Source of the DNA: a virus
Reading direction: 5' to 3' (one strand)
DNA length: 49,335 bases
Virus record (IMG/VR): IMGVR_UViG_3300045988_128238
Span: 1-49,335 of that record
The position numbers and the translations under genes are program-made. The notes under the pieces are model-generated. The model was not told the DNA's origin. It saw only the letters and a list, made by a program, of their open reading frames with translations, and made no database searches. Every line of letters starts with the position of its first letter. The first letter of the stretch is position 1. Of this stretch, positions 34,963 through 44,817 are shown one piece after another.

Positions 34963-36318
34963 TTAAGCTTCTACATAACGGTCATAGAATTTACCATTTC
35001 TACGAACAAAGGTAACTTCCAATGACAAGTTTACTTCATCTGAGTTGTTGAACTCTTCTGAGTGTGAAGTGATGATACCATAGAATCTGAGGTATTCACG
35101 TCTACCATTAGTAGCTACACGAGGTACTGTGAACTCAGCTTCAAATGAATCAAGTCTATCTTCATTTGCTTCAAAGTGTTCTACTTCTTTTTCAGCATCA
35201 TAAGTAACCAATACTTCACGGTTGATGTATTTCTTATTAACATACACAGTACCGAAGTCTTGTGCTGTAACATTTGAAATAGCTACAAACTCATTAGTAT
35301 CTACAGGGGTTACTGTAGGTACTGCCAATGGTTCAAGATAGATACCATTACAGTTTTCACCAAGAGAAATAATTACTGAGTTACATGTTGGATACAAGTC
35401 AGCTAGTTCAATGTAACCATACTCAGTACCATTGATTGTTTTACCTTTAACAGTAAACACTCTTGTAGTTGGAATACCTGCTACAATAATACCTTCTCTT
35501 GATTCCAATGGATTCAACCAGAAGTCATTCAAGGAACGTGTAGCACCTGAGATTGTAGTTGTAACTTCTGTAGCTGATGGGTCATAACCTGAACCAAAAC
35601 ATCTAGCATCTGAAGCACCTAGTGATACATCATGAGTGAATGATTCCAAACATGAGATAAGCACGTTATCAGACTTGTGAAGCTCATTTTTACAAGCAAT
35701 AGTCTTGATAGAAGAGATACCGAATGGTTCTTTTACAAGAGCATCATTCTTATCTTTGTGCTTAATAGTGTACTCTACATGGATACCATCTTCTGAAGGA
35801 ATCCAACCAGTACCTGTTTGAGATTTAATTGACAATGGGTTAGCAAAGTCAAACTGTGCTACTTGGAACACATCTGTAGCTAGACCTGCTCCTGTAAGTT
35901 CTACAGCGTATGTGTAAGAGTTTTTACCTTCTACATCATGCAAGTCTGAAACTTTAGCTTCAACTGTAACTGTGTCTGAACCAAGGAAAGTAACATACAA
36001 GTAATGGAATCCAAAACCTGCTTTAGTGTAATCACCACGGATGTCATAGGTAACTGTAGCTTCACCATCAACTGGTTTGACATAAAGTGTACCTGTCATG
36101 TGACAAGCCTTTTCATTACATCTAATCATGTCTTCAGGTGTAGTCAAGGCATCAAATGATTGGAACTCACCCTTAGTAATTTCACGATAGTTTTTAGTTG
36201 AAAGCTCAGTGTAGTAGTTAATCTTTTCAGATACCCTAACACCAATGATTTCATTTTTGTTTTGCTTAGCATAACCATACATAGGATGAGTAAGCTTTGG
36301 CATACAACCTTTTGTCAT
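34963..36318 (-). CDS. Putative major tail (tube) protein, unusually large (451 aa)
   Basis: Lies directly upstream of the tape measure (14-nt gap). No domain motif recognised. Confidence 0.45.
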   Translation of the reverse strand: MTKGCMPKLTHPMYGYAKQNKNEIIGVRVSEKINYYTELSTKNYREITKGEFQSFDALTTPEDMIRCNEKACHMTGTLYVKPVDGEATVTYDIRGDYTKAGFGFHYLYVTFLGSDTVTVEAKVSDLHDVEGKNSYTYAVELTGAGLATDVFQVAQFDFANPLSIKSQTGTGWIPSEDGIHVEYTIKHKDKNDALVKEPFGISSIKTIACKNELHKSDNVLISCLESFTHDVSLGASDARCFGSGYDPSATEVTTTISGATRSLNDFWLNPLESREGIIVAGIPTTRVFTVKGKTINGTEYGYIELADLYPTCNSVIISLGENCNGIYLEPLAVPTVTPVDTNEFVAISNVTAQDFGTVYVNKKYINREVLVTYDAEKEVEHFEANEDRLDSFEAEFTVPRVATNGRREYLRFYGIITSHSEEFNNSDEVNLSLEVTFVRRNGKFYDRYVEA

Positions 36319-36515
36319 TACTTATCTCCTTTCTTTTCTTTTTTGTCTTCTTTAGCTTCTACTTTAGCTACAGATTGTAGCTTAGCTTCTGCTACTACTT
36401 GTCTAATTCCTGCAAGTTGTCTTTGGTCATACATAGTACCATTCTCACCTGCAAGCTTTTGTCTAGACTCATAAAATGCGTCTAGGTCTAGTGGTTGTTC
36501 TTTAATCATCCACAT
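36318..36515 (-). CDS. Hypothetical protein (65 aa)
   Basis: ORF only. Confidence 0.4.
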   Translation of the reverse strand: MWMIKEQPLDLDAFYESRQKLAGENGTMYDQRQLAGIRQVVAEAKLQSVAKVEAKEDKKEKKGDK

Positions 36516-37075
36516 TCTCCTACGGTAATTTTAAATTGTTTAGAGATAGTGTTTATCTCATCATCTACTTGCTCAAATGTAACTGGTAAGTCACTAATGC
36601 TGACTACGTTACATATCTTGTCTTCAAAGTTAGGTAATTTTTGTAAGTCTTGGAATATGTCTCGGTAAACTACTTCATTCTCAATATAAGACCTAGAGAA
36701 CATCATAGCTTTCAATCTTCTGTCTACTTTATCTTCTAAGTCTAAGTTACCTTCAGGTGTATTCTCTAAGATTAATTCTTGGTCTGCAGAGATTGTAGTC
36801 CAATGGAACTTAAAAGTAATTAAATACTCACAATAACATTGAGAAGAGTAACCTACGTTTGATACATCTACTGTTAATAGTGGAAGGTGAGCATTGAAAT
36901 TTGACTTATAGAACTGAACTGTAGAAAAATGTCGATTAAGCTCATGCATAAAATTATCATAGCGAATGGTTGTGTCTCTAGACATTTTATCTACAGGTTC
37001 TAGAATAAGGTCTAGAATATCTACACCATATTCAATAAGCCATCTTTTAATGTTAGTGAAAATCTTCCTTTTCAT
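36506..37075 (-). CDS. Hypothetical head-tail/tail completion protein (189 aa)
   Basis: Called on position. Confidence 0.4.
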   Translation of the reverse strand: MKRKIFTNIKRWLIEYGVDILDLILEPVDKMSRDTTIRYDNFMHELNRHFSTVQFYKSNFNAHLPLLTVDVSNVGYSSQCYCEYLITFKFHWTTISADQELILENTPEGNLDLEDKVDRRLKAMMFSRSYIENEVVYRDIFQDLQKLPNFEDKICNVVSISDLPVTFEQVDDEINTISKQFKITVGECG

Positions 37076-37383
37076 CCTGCTCCTACCTCGTTAATTGCTT
37101 TATCCAAGAAAGGGTTAGCAGGAGTCTTATAAGTACCGTCATGATGATACCTTGCATAGTTCCTACCTCTGGGGTTTCTAGGGTCTGTTATAAGCAAGTC
37201 TTCATCAATACCTACATAGAAGTCCTCTCCACTCTCTTCTACTGTTACAGAGTCTCTTAAAGCCCCTGTGTCAACATGTATATTGTTTTCTACTGCTACT
37301 TTTAATTCCTGAACTACAGTGTGCATTTCTTCTTCAATCCAAGCATCTATCTCAGCATCACCTGTTCTTCTTCTCCTAACCAC
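37072..37383 (-). CDS. HK97 gp10-family head-tail joining protein
   Basis: HVDTGALRDSV ... NYARYHHDGT. Confidence 0.65.
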   Translation of the reverse strand: MVRRRRTGDAEIDAWIEEEMHTVVQELKVAVENNIHVDTGALRDSVTVEESGEDFYVGIDEDLLITDPRNPRGRNYARYHHDGTYKTPANPFLDKAINEVGAG

Positions 37384-37385
37384 AA

Positions 37386-37817
37386 TTATCTTCCTGTATG
37401 ACTTTCATCTGCAGTAAGAGCATCCCTAACTCTTAGTTTATACTCTTCTCTTGTTGTAAGTCTTTGACCACGGATGATTAGATAATAACAATTAGGCATG
37501 ACCTCATTATGTGATACTGCTAGAATCTTCCACCAATAACCTAAGTCAGGTTCATAGATGTAGTCTCCTAGGACAATATCAAAGTTTCTTTGTTGGTCTT
37601 GTCTCCAAACCTCAATATAGAATAGCTTATGGTGAAGCTCTTGCTCAGTCTCATAAGTATCTTTATTAAAGTTTCTGTAGGCATTGTAGAATTGTACTAC
37701 TTCTACACAAGTGAACTGGTTTGTTTGTTCCCAAACGGTTGAATCAATTTGCCTACCATTGTCATCATATTGTGGGTTAGTAGTTCCATGTCTGAAGATA
37801 TATACATCTTTAGACAT
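37386..37817 (-). CDS. Hypothetical head-tail connector protein (143 aa)
   Basis: Called on position. Confidence 0.4.
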   Translation of the reverse strand: MSKDVYIFRHGTTNPQYDDNGRQIDSTVWEQTNQFTCVEVVQFYNAYRNFNKDTYETEQELHHKLFYIEVWRQDQQRNFDIVLGDYIYEPDLGYWWKILAVSHNEVMPNCYYLIIRGQRLTTREEYKLRVRDALTADESHTGR

Positions 37818-38074
37818 CAGATAACCTCTTCAAATGCTTGTAGTTTGTTACCGTTGACATAACTGTACTTATTCAATAGTGCCTTACCTAACTCATCTGG
37901 CACATCATACTCTCTACCTAGATAGAAGTTAAACTCTCTATCGTGATAGAAGTACCTATAAGGCTCTAGAAGAGCCATTTCAGTCCTACCTATAGAAGAT
38001 TGACCACAAGCACTGCAACCACCTCTTCTAACTCTTCCTGTAGGGCTATTAACACCTCTATATCTAACTCTCAT
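37817..38074 (-). CDS. Hypothetical protein (85 aa)
   Basis: ORF; contains CSACGQ. Confidence 0.4.
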   Translation of the reverse strand: MRVRYRGVNSPTGRVRRGGCSACGQSSIGRTEMALLEPYRYFYHDREFNFYLGREYDVPDELGKALLNKYSYVNGNKLQAFEEVI

Positions 38075-38811
38075 TACTTACTCTTTCCTACTGTAATTTG
38101 CTTTTCAGTTCTTAGATTATAGCTTCTGCCACAAAGAGAATATCTACCAAGGCTATCTTTGTAGAAGTTATTAACTAATTGAGAGAAGAAGTATTCTTGT
38201 GAATCCTTATTAATCTCCCAAACATACTTAATAGTATCTACATCCTTTTGTACTAAAGAAGCCCCTGCTGATAGTCTATTAACATTAGCACAGTCACCAA
38301 CACTCATACAGTTATTAGCAATAGCAGTATATCCTGTAAGGTAATGACAAATCAAATCATCCCACTCAGGACTGTCTAAGTCATAGCCTGCTATATACCT
38401 CATAACTAACACATTGTGAGAACAATTCTTATCACAAGAGTTGTCCTCAGTGTTCATGAGTTCATCTAGTCTGATAAAGAACTTATCAGCAATATCATCA
38501 TAAGTAAACAAGCTTTTATCTAGAGGAACAATATTGACACCTCTAGAGCTGTACTGCCTTAATTCCACAGTTACAGTATCTTGATTAATAGCTTTCCAAT
38601 AAGGATGTACTTGAATACATGTGTAGCTACAGAGTTCTCTGTTCAAGTCTATTGTGTGGATTCTACAGCACTGCTCAATAGTTCCTCCTGCAACATCCCA
38701 ACAAGTAATGTTACTAAGAAACCTAACAAAGTTACCCCAGATAGTGTTGAACTCTTCCTGAGTAACTTGACTCATACAAGAACACTTGCTCTTAATGGAA
38801 TCTAGTAACAT
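38074..38811 (-). CDS. Cys-rich virion protein (245 aa, 13 Cys)
   Basis: Directly downstream of the capsid gene. Cys counted by hand. Confidence 0.45.
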   Translation of the reverse strand: MLLDSIKSKCSCMSQVTQEEFNTIWGNFVRFLSNITCWDVAGGTIEQCCRIHTIDLNRELCSYTCIQVHPYWKAINQDTVTVELRQYSSRGVNIVPLDKSLFTYDDIADKFFIRLDELMNTEDNSCDKNCSHNVLVMRYIAGYDLDSPEWDDLICHYLTGYTAIANNCMSVGDCANVNRLSAGASLVQKDVDTIKYVWEINKDSQEYFFSQLVNNFYKDSLGRYSLCGRSYNLRTEKQITVGKSK

Positions 38812-38821
38812 ATATCACCTC

Positions 38822-40009
38822 TTAGGCTTTAGGAACATGCACCATTGGGAATGGAACTTCACCGTCCAATGCACCCATGATACGAGTGTATACACCTGCA
38901 GAACAGTTAGCTGACAATGGCATACCTGTGAGCAAGATGTTACGAGCATAGTTAGCTGAGTGAGCTACCCCTGCATTTTCATAGATGTCACAAGCTACAA
39001 AGTTACAGTCTGAATCAGGTTCAAGAGTTGTACCTTGACGGATTTTATCTGCAGGAATAAGCAAGTCTTTGTAAACCATTGATACTTTAGTTACTGACAA
39101 GTCAATAATGTAAGCTTCAAATGTGTTGTTTACTTCCAAGTCTTTAGGTACATAGATGTCTTTTACAATAGGAATACCTTTGAATTTAAGAGTCACTGGT
39201 GTACCATGGAAGCTACCAAAGTTACCACGTTCCCAACCTGCAGGGAGTTTGCCATTTTTACCTTCAACAACTACATCTGAGATAGCTGTGTGTCCTACTG
39301 GATGGACAAAGATAGCATAGTTAGTTGAAGTACCTTGGTTAAGTACATCAAGGATACATCCTGCTTGTGCAAATGCTCCAAGGATATCACCTGATTGAAT
39401 AGGTGTTACTGCAGGGTGTGACATTACTTCTGCAATACCGTGGAATGGTCTCAAACCTTTACCTTGGTAGTTTACCAAACCTTGTGCAATTACACGCTGT
39501 GTACGGAAAGCAAATGAGAACCATGCAATGTATTGCAATGAAGCTTCATAAGTCATTCCTGCTCTTTGGAAGTAGTTAAGCAAGTCATTAGACTTGTACT
39601 TAAGAGCTGAGTTCATCATCTTGTCAAGTGTTGTTTCACAATCTTTCAAGCAAAGTGAGAAGATTTTAGCTGAGTCAGCACAAGCTTGAATTTCAAATGG
39701 TGTGAAACAGCATCCTTGACCATCATCAGGGTCTGTAGTTCCCCAAGTGTAAGTCTCAGTAACCCACTTACCTTTGTTGTTTTTAACAAATGTAGCAATA
39801 GATGATTCTGCAATAGATTCAAGCATTGAAGCTACCATTGGAGATGTGATATTGAAATCACCCAATGAAGGCAAAGCTTTTGAGTAGTCTTTAGCAATAC
39901 CAAAAGGTAGCTTATGACCTTCTCCTGCATTCTCCATATTCTTCTGAATAGCTGTAGCTAGTTCTCCTACAACTTCTTCAGTATAAATGTCATTTGTAAC
40001 ATTACTCAT
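38822..40009 (-). CDS. Major capsid protein (395 aa)
   Basis: Follows the protease-scaffold gene, and the size fits. Assigned on position only. Confidence 0.6.
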   Translation of the reverse strand: MSNVTNDIYTEEVVGELATAIQKNMENAGEGHKLPFGIAKDYSKALPSLGDFNITSPMVASMLESIAESSIATFVKNNKGKWVTETYTWGTTDPDDGQGCCFTPFEIQACADSAKIFSLCLKDCETTLDKMMNSALKYKSNDLLNYFQRAGMTYEASLQYIAWFSFAFRTQRVIAQGLVNYQGKGLRPFHGIAEVMSHPAVTPIQSGDILGAFAQAGCILDVLNQGTSTNYAIFVHPVGHTAISDVVVEGKNGKLPAGWERGNFGSFHGTPVTLKFKGIPIVKDIYVPKDLEVNNTFEAYIIDLSVTKVSMVYKDLLIPADKIRQGTTLEPDSDCNFVACDIYENAGVAHSANYARNILLTGMPLSANCSAGVYTRIMGALDGEVPFPMVHVPKA

Positions 40010-41163
40010 TAAATTTGTCCTCCTGAGCGAATACCAGTATATCCTTTAGGCATCATGTTTTTAGGTTCTGCCTTTTGAGTAACTGATACTACGTTCGCTT
40101 CTTCACTGTTAAGCAATTTGTTAAGTTCATCAACTACTGACTGTGATTTAGAACTTTTAGCTACAAGAGCTTTTTTATCTGTTTCCAAAGCTTCTACTTT
40201 AGCTTTGAGTTCTTCATTCTCAGCTCTAAGTTTTTGAATTTCAGTAAGAGCTTGTGTAAGCAATTCTGTAGTTTGGTCTTCAACTTCTTTAGTTTCTTCA
40301 TCAACTACTTCTTCTTCTTCTTTCTCTTTCACAACCTCTTCAGAAGTGTCTGGTTGCTCTTCTGAGCCTTCTTTTACTTCCTCTGGTGTTTCTGTACCTT
40401 CTACCTCTTCATCAGCCTTAGATGGCTCTTCAGGGGCTTCTACGACCTCTTCTACAGTTTCTACAGATTCATCATCTACAGAATTGTTTGCTAGAAGAGA
40501 TTTTACTTTCTCAAAGAATGTCTTATCCATAGGAGTGCCTTTCATTTCATTTAGTAATTGTAAAGTCTCTAGCTGTTTCCCTGTAGTAGATACCATAGCT
40601 ACAAGGTCTTCTACACCTTCTACAGATTCCTCTGTATCATTGTAGATATTGTCCACAAAACCAAGTTCTAAAGCTTGGTCTGAAGTAAGCCATGTCTCTT
40701 TGAACATCATATCAAGGATTTCATCTTCACTGAGACCAGTCTTTTTCATATACACTTTAGCAATAGACTTTTCAGTAGAGTCAAGCATATTTATTGAGCG
40801 TTCTAGGCTCAACTTGTCTACTGTTTCTTCATTCCTAAAGTGTGGTTGGTGAATCATAATCTGTGCTTGGTGTGAAATATTAACTTCATCTGCTCCAAGC
40901 ATAAATACTGAAGCAATAGAAGCTGATAGACTTGTAATATTAACTACAACTCTGCCACTGTAGCTTGATAGCATAGTGTAAATTTCACTGCCTGCATTAA
41001 CTGAACCACCACCTGAGTTAAGGTTAAAGGTTACTTCTTCACCACCTGCTTCAGAAAGGATTCTCTCAATATTCTTAGCTGAGATATAGTCCTGTCCCAA
41101 AGCTTCCATGAACAAAGCACCTTCAGAATCAACTACAGTACCTGCTAGTCTATATGTCCTCAT
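40009..41163 (-). CDS. ClpP/S49-like prohead protease fused to an acidic coiled-coil scaffold
   Basis: SGGGSVNAGSEIY ... SLSASIASVF ... IMIHQP. The C-terminal half is Glu-rich heptads. AAGGAGG lies 6 nt before ATG 41163. Confidence 0.75.
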   Translation of the reverse strand: MRTYRLAGTVVDSEGALFMEALGQDYISAKNIERILSEAGGEEVTFNLNSGGGSVNAGSEIYTMLSSYSGRVVVNITSLSASIASVFMLGADEVNISHQAQIMIHQPHFRNEETVDKLSLERSINMLDSTEKSIAKVYMKKTGLSEDEILDMMFKETWLTSDQALELGFVDNIYNDTEESVEGVEDLVAMVSTTGKQLETLQLLNEMKGTPMDKTFFEKVKSLLANNSVDDESVETVEEVVEAPEEPSKADEEVEGTETPEEVKEGSEEQPDTSEEVVKEKEEEEVVDEETKEVEDQTTELLTQALTEIQKLRAENEELKAKVEALETDKKALVAKSSKSQSVVDELNKLLNSEEANVVSVTQKAEPKNMMPKGYTGIRSGGQI

Positions 41164-41164
41164 A

Positions 41165-41467
41165 TTAAACCTCCTTAAAGTCAAATAGGTGTACTTCAAG
41201 TTTAATTACTCTCCCACCACAGGCTTGACAAGGAACTGGACTATAAGGAACACCAATACTATCTAACCAAGCACGGTTACTAGCACTATCAGGGAATCTC
41301 TGAGTAAGTCCTTTAATTGACTTGATAAGAGCTACATCTTCAGTCTCATAAGTTGAACCATACTCAAACCTAACATTTTTTAGCTTAACAATATTACCGT
41401 CTAAATAATTTACTCTGAAAGTCTTACCATCAGGAAACAGTTTTGACAGTGTATATTTAAGCTTCAT
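41165..41467 (-). CDS. Hypothetical protein (100 aa)
   Basis: ORF; contains CQACGG. Confidence 0.45.
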   Translation of the reverse strand: MKLKYTLSKLFPDGKTFRVNYLDGNIVKLKNVRFEYGSTYETEDVALIKSIKGLTQRFPDSASNRAWLDSIGVPYSPVPCQACGGRVIKLEVHLFDFKEV

Positions 41468-41633
41468 CCTTCTTAGTTCCCTTTACCTTTTTACTTCCAA
41501 TTTCTTCAGGTGTAACTACTTCAGTAAGAGCAGAGTCTAAACCAAGTTGTCTTTCTCTACGTTCCTGTAGAGCAAGTTGGTATTCATCTGTAATTTGAGG
41601 CAGTTCTACACTAACTTCTTTTTTCTTAACCAT
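41457..41633 (-). CDS. Small hypothetical protein (58 aa)
   Basis: Hand-translated MVKKKEVSVELPQITDEYQLAL...; below the track cutoff. Confidence 0.35.
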   Translation of the reverse strand: MVKKKEVSVELPQITDEYQLALQERRERQLGLDSALTEVVTPEEIGSKKVKGTKKDEA

Positions 41634-41644
41634 AAGTGTACCTC

Positions 41645-41971
41645 TTATAGAATTTCACCTTCTGGTTGTGGTGTGATATGTTCGCGATGAATAACAACTT
41701 CCTCATCACCAATGTTACAAGGTTTACACCATTTGCAAGGCATTTCTTCTTTTTCTTCAACTTCGTTTGGAAGTCGTTTCCAAGTATCACCACAACACAT
41801 GAAGATTCCTTGGACTTGCTTAGTTGTAGGGTCAGTGTAGTTAATAGCTACAGAACCTTGACCATCCCAAGCTGTCAAACGTTGTAGAGCAGTCTGAGCT
41901 TCAGTACCCTTAAGAGTAATTTTTTCTCCATTGTGAGTAAGCTCTACTTTAGCTGTGATTACTTTCATCAC
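41645..41971 (-). CDS. Hypothetical Cys-containing protein (108 aa)
   Basis: GGAGGT SD. Contains CCGD ... PCKWCKPCN. Confidence 0.5.
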   Translation of the reverse strand: MMKVITAKVELTHNGEKITLKGTEAQTALQRLTAWDGQGSVAINYTDPTTKQVQGIFMCCGDTWKRLPNEVEEKEEMPCKWCKPCNIGDEEVVIHREHITPQPEGEIL

Positions 41972-41997
41972 ATACCTCCGATTATTTTAATTACTGG

Positions 41998-42552
41998 TTA
42001 AAATAGCTCACTTAAACTAATACCAGTAGATGTACCTGTGTTTTTATAGTGAGTAATCACTTCATACATCTGTTTTGCATCATCATTAGTAAGTTGGTCT
42101 TTAAAGTCATTGATGAAGTCTTGTTCTGATACATTCTCTACTTTAAGTACAGCATACTTATCAGATTTACCTTCTTTAACTTTACCAATTACATAGGACA
42201 GAACAGATGGAGTATAAATACTACCTTGTGACTGCTCAGTGCAAGCTCTATAGTCAATAACAATAGAGATTGTCTTTTCTTCTTTATTCACTTTGATACG
42301 GTTGATAAAGGCGATTGATTCATTAACTACAAGTCTTTCTCTTGGAGTTGAAGTCAAATACCCTTGGCTGTCAGTTTGTGGAACTCGTACAGCATTACCT
42401 GAAGGTTCAAGTCCATTTCTTCTTACTTGTTCATCAAGCTTATTAAGTTCCACATAGTTTTCCATTGTGTATACTTTAGCATCATCAATTTTACCAAGTG
42501 ATTTTACTTCACTATACTTACCATCAAAAAACTCTTTCAAACTACCAGACAT
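41998..42552 (-). CDS. Hypothetical protein (184 aa)
   Basis: ORF with AAAGGAA SD. Confidence 0.5.
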   Translation of the reverse strand: MSGSLKEFFDGKYSEVKSLGKIDDAKVYTMENYVELNKLDEQVRRNGLEPSGNAVRVPQTDSQGYLTSTPRERLVVNESIAFINRIKVNKEEKTISIVIDYRACTEQSQGSIYTPSVLSYVIGKVKEGKSDKYAVLKVENVSEQDFINDFKDQLTNDDAKQMYEVITHYKNTGTSTGISLSELF

Positions 42553-42555
42553 TGT

Positions 42556-42981
42556 TTAATTCCTTTCATACATTGACATTAATGCTTCCTGTTCAGGAGC
42601 AAATTTACTTTCTTTTTCTTCAGCAACCATGTTAGCTACCATATCTGCTGTGATATTGTAGATATAGTTATTCTCATAATGAATTATCTTAGGTTTATTA
42701 TCCTTCATGCTATCTTGCTGATAACCAAACTCTGTAACACCTTCATTGTGGATACATACGAAAGATACTATTACCATTGGTAGAGACCAATTCTCATATA
42801 TATCTTTAGGAGATGTACCAAAGTGTTTACCAATTCTAAGACAGTAGGCAAAGTAATCATCTATAGGAGTGTCATAGTATTTACTTTCAACTTCTTTTGT
42901 TACTTTACCATTAACATCATCATATACTAACTTTTGTACTCTACTTAGAGTCTCATTGAAAAAACCCTGAGTTTTTATCAA
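42556..42981 (-). CDS. Hypothetical protein (141 aa, TTG start uncertain)
   Basis: ORF with no clear SD. Confidence 0.4.
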   Translation of the reverse strand: MIKTQGFFNETLSRVQKLVYDDVNGKVTKEVESKYYDTPIDDYFAYCLRIGKHFGTSPKDIYENWSLPMVIVSFVCIHNEGVTEFGYQQDSMKDNKPKIIHYENNYIYNITADMVANMVAEEKESKFAPEQEALMSMYERN

Positions 42982-43486
42982 TAAGTTGACTAGATAGAAC
43001 TACAAGCGATTCATCACTTAGATATTCCATGTCATAGTCACTGATACCAAGACCATACTGTACTAATGTTTCCATAGCATCTACTACTTCATCACTAAGC
43101 TTAGAATAAACTTCAGTAACTTCTGATAGAGACATAATTTCTTGCTCACCAGTAGTTGTATTTACTTTTGAGAAGTAAAGAATAAGTGTAGTTACAGCAT
43201 GTCTAACTCTACGAGCCTTACGAGGTGTAATAGATACACCCTTAAACACTCTAATAACCTCTCTACCTTCACTTGTATCAGTGTAGTCACCTTGGACAGC
43301 AAAGTTCTTAGGATAAATGAACTTAGCTTCATAAGTAGACTCAGCATCAATGTTATTAACATCACCTACAACTACAGGAGCTCCATTACTTCCTGTAGCC
43401 ATGAATGGTTGGTCTTTTGTTTGTGCTTGCTCAATAGCTTCAATCATTCCACGTTGAGCATTAGTGTCAAAATTGGTTGGTGTCAT
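42953..43486 (-). CDS. Hypothetical protein (177 aa)
   Basis: GAGGGGG SD. Overlaps the portal stop. Confidence 0.5.
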   Translation of the reverse strand: MTPTNFDTNAQRGMIEAIEQAQTKDQPFMATGSNGAPVVVGDVNNIDAESTYEAKFIYPKNFAVQGDYTDTSEGREVIRVFKGVSITPRKARRVRHAVTTLILYFSKVNTTTGEQEIMSLSEVTEVYSKLSDEVVDAMETLVQYGLGISDYDMEYLSDESLVVLSSQLIDKNSGFFQ

Positions 43487-44817
43487 AATTCCCCCTCTAA
43501 TAAGTGTTTATTAAGATAAGCTTTAGCTTCTTCTTCATAACCTGCTTCATGAATACGTTCAAAGGTCTGAGACATGAAATTATCTTTTTCATAGTCATAA
43601 TAATCTTTAGTTTCTTGGTTTTTGAATCTAAAGGTGTAACCTTCATAACCCATGAGCCTAATTACTTCAGTAAGCTTAACTGCAATCTTATCTCTCCAAG
43701 GAATAACCTTGTGAATGATGAAAGTCTTAATGACTTCATCCTTACCAATGTTACCAGTACCTGCATCTAAGTCAAATACCTGTGGTGATACACCATAAAT
43801 TTGACATGAGAAGCGTGTAGCATGGATTGATAAGAGATTTAGGTAATCACTAGGTTTAGAATCCCTAGTCAACTGTTCCATATCACTGAAAATGTCAGAA
43901 TAAATGATAGAGTCATTATACTCTACATTGGCTAGCATGTCTGCTAGTGCTTTTACGTTGTCTTTTCTGACATCTTCGTTGAATACAGCGTTAGAGTTAC
44001 TTGTATCAAAGATTTTAGCTGAAGTTGATGGGTTTCCTTCATTCTTCATCTTAGCAAGCATTGATTCATTGTGTTTAAATGCCAATGTACCAACACCATT
44101 ACGTTGAAAATCATGAATAAAGTAATCTAGGAGCTGAAGAATAAGATGAGTACGCTTTTTATCATTCTCAAATGGACTAACACCAATGAATGAACCATCC
44201 ATAGTGATATTTGTGAAGTCTTCTGAGGTTAAAGCTACAGAATCCTTGTCATTTGAGACAATATTACCTTCATCATCAATATAGAATCTATCATCTACCA
44301 CTTCTTCAGAAGCTCGAATCCAAGTATGCTTACGATTCAAGCAATGAAACCTTCTCAAAATGTAGATGAAAGGCATGTAAACAAGTGGAATTTCTTCGGA
44401 TTCTCTAAAAATGATGTCATAAGAGTTCTTAGGAACAATCATAATACTATCTTTATGACCATTGTGAGTTTGTTTTGCAGGAATCTTTCTTACACCTACA
44501 GCACCTTGCTCAAATAACTCTCTTGTGAGCTGTTTAAACATGTCCATAACTGTAATTCCTTGGATATTTTGTGAATCTAGCATATCTCTGAGAGTTTCAC
44601 CCTCTATAGAGCTATCTTCATCCTTAACAAGCTCCATATCACCTGCAAAGATGTAGTCAACAATACCTTCAAGAATAGTGTTAATACCTGGCATATTTGT
44701 TACTAGGTACTGAACTTGTTCATAGGTAAGTGTATCATCCATCTCATTTAGCTGTGAAGGAATCCCTATATTGTCTTTAATAAGGAGTTCATAGCCAGTT
44801 TTTCTATCAATTTCCAC
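43483..44817 (-). CDS. Portal protein (444 aa)
   Basis: Immediately downstream of terL, and the size fits. Confidence 0.65.
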   Translation of the reverse strand: MEIDRKTGYELLIKDNIGIPSQLNEMDDTLTYEQVQYLVTNMPGINTILEGIVDYIFAGDMELVKDEDSSIEGETLRDMLDSQNIQGITVMDMFKQLTRELFEQGAVGVRKIPAKQTHNGHKDSIMIVPKNSYDIIFRESEEIPLVYMPFIYILRRFHCLNRKHTWIRASEEVVDDRFYIDDEGNIVSNDKDSVALTSEDFTNITMDGSFIGVSPFENDKKRTHLILQLLDYFIHDFQRNGVGTLAFKHNESMLAKMKNEGNPSTSAKIFDTSNSNAVFNEDVRKDNVKALADMLANVEYNDSIIYSDIFSDMEQLTRDSKPSDYLNLLSIHATRFSCQIYGVSPQVFDLDAGTGNIGKDEVIKTFIIHKVIPWRDKIAVKLTEVIRLMGYEGYTFRFKNQETKDYYDYEKDNFMSQTFERIHEAGYEEEAKAYLNKHLLEGEL

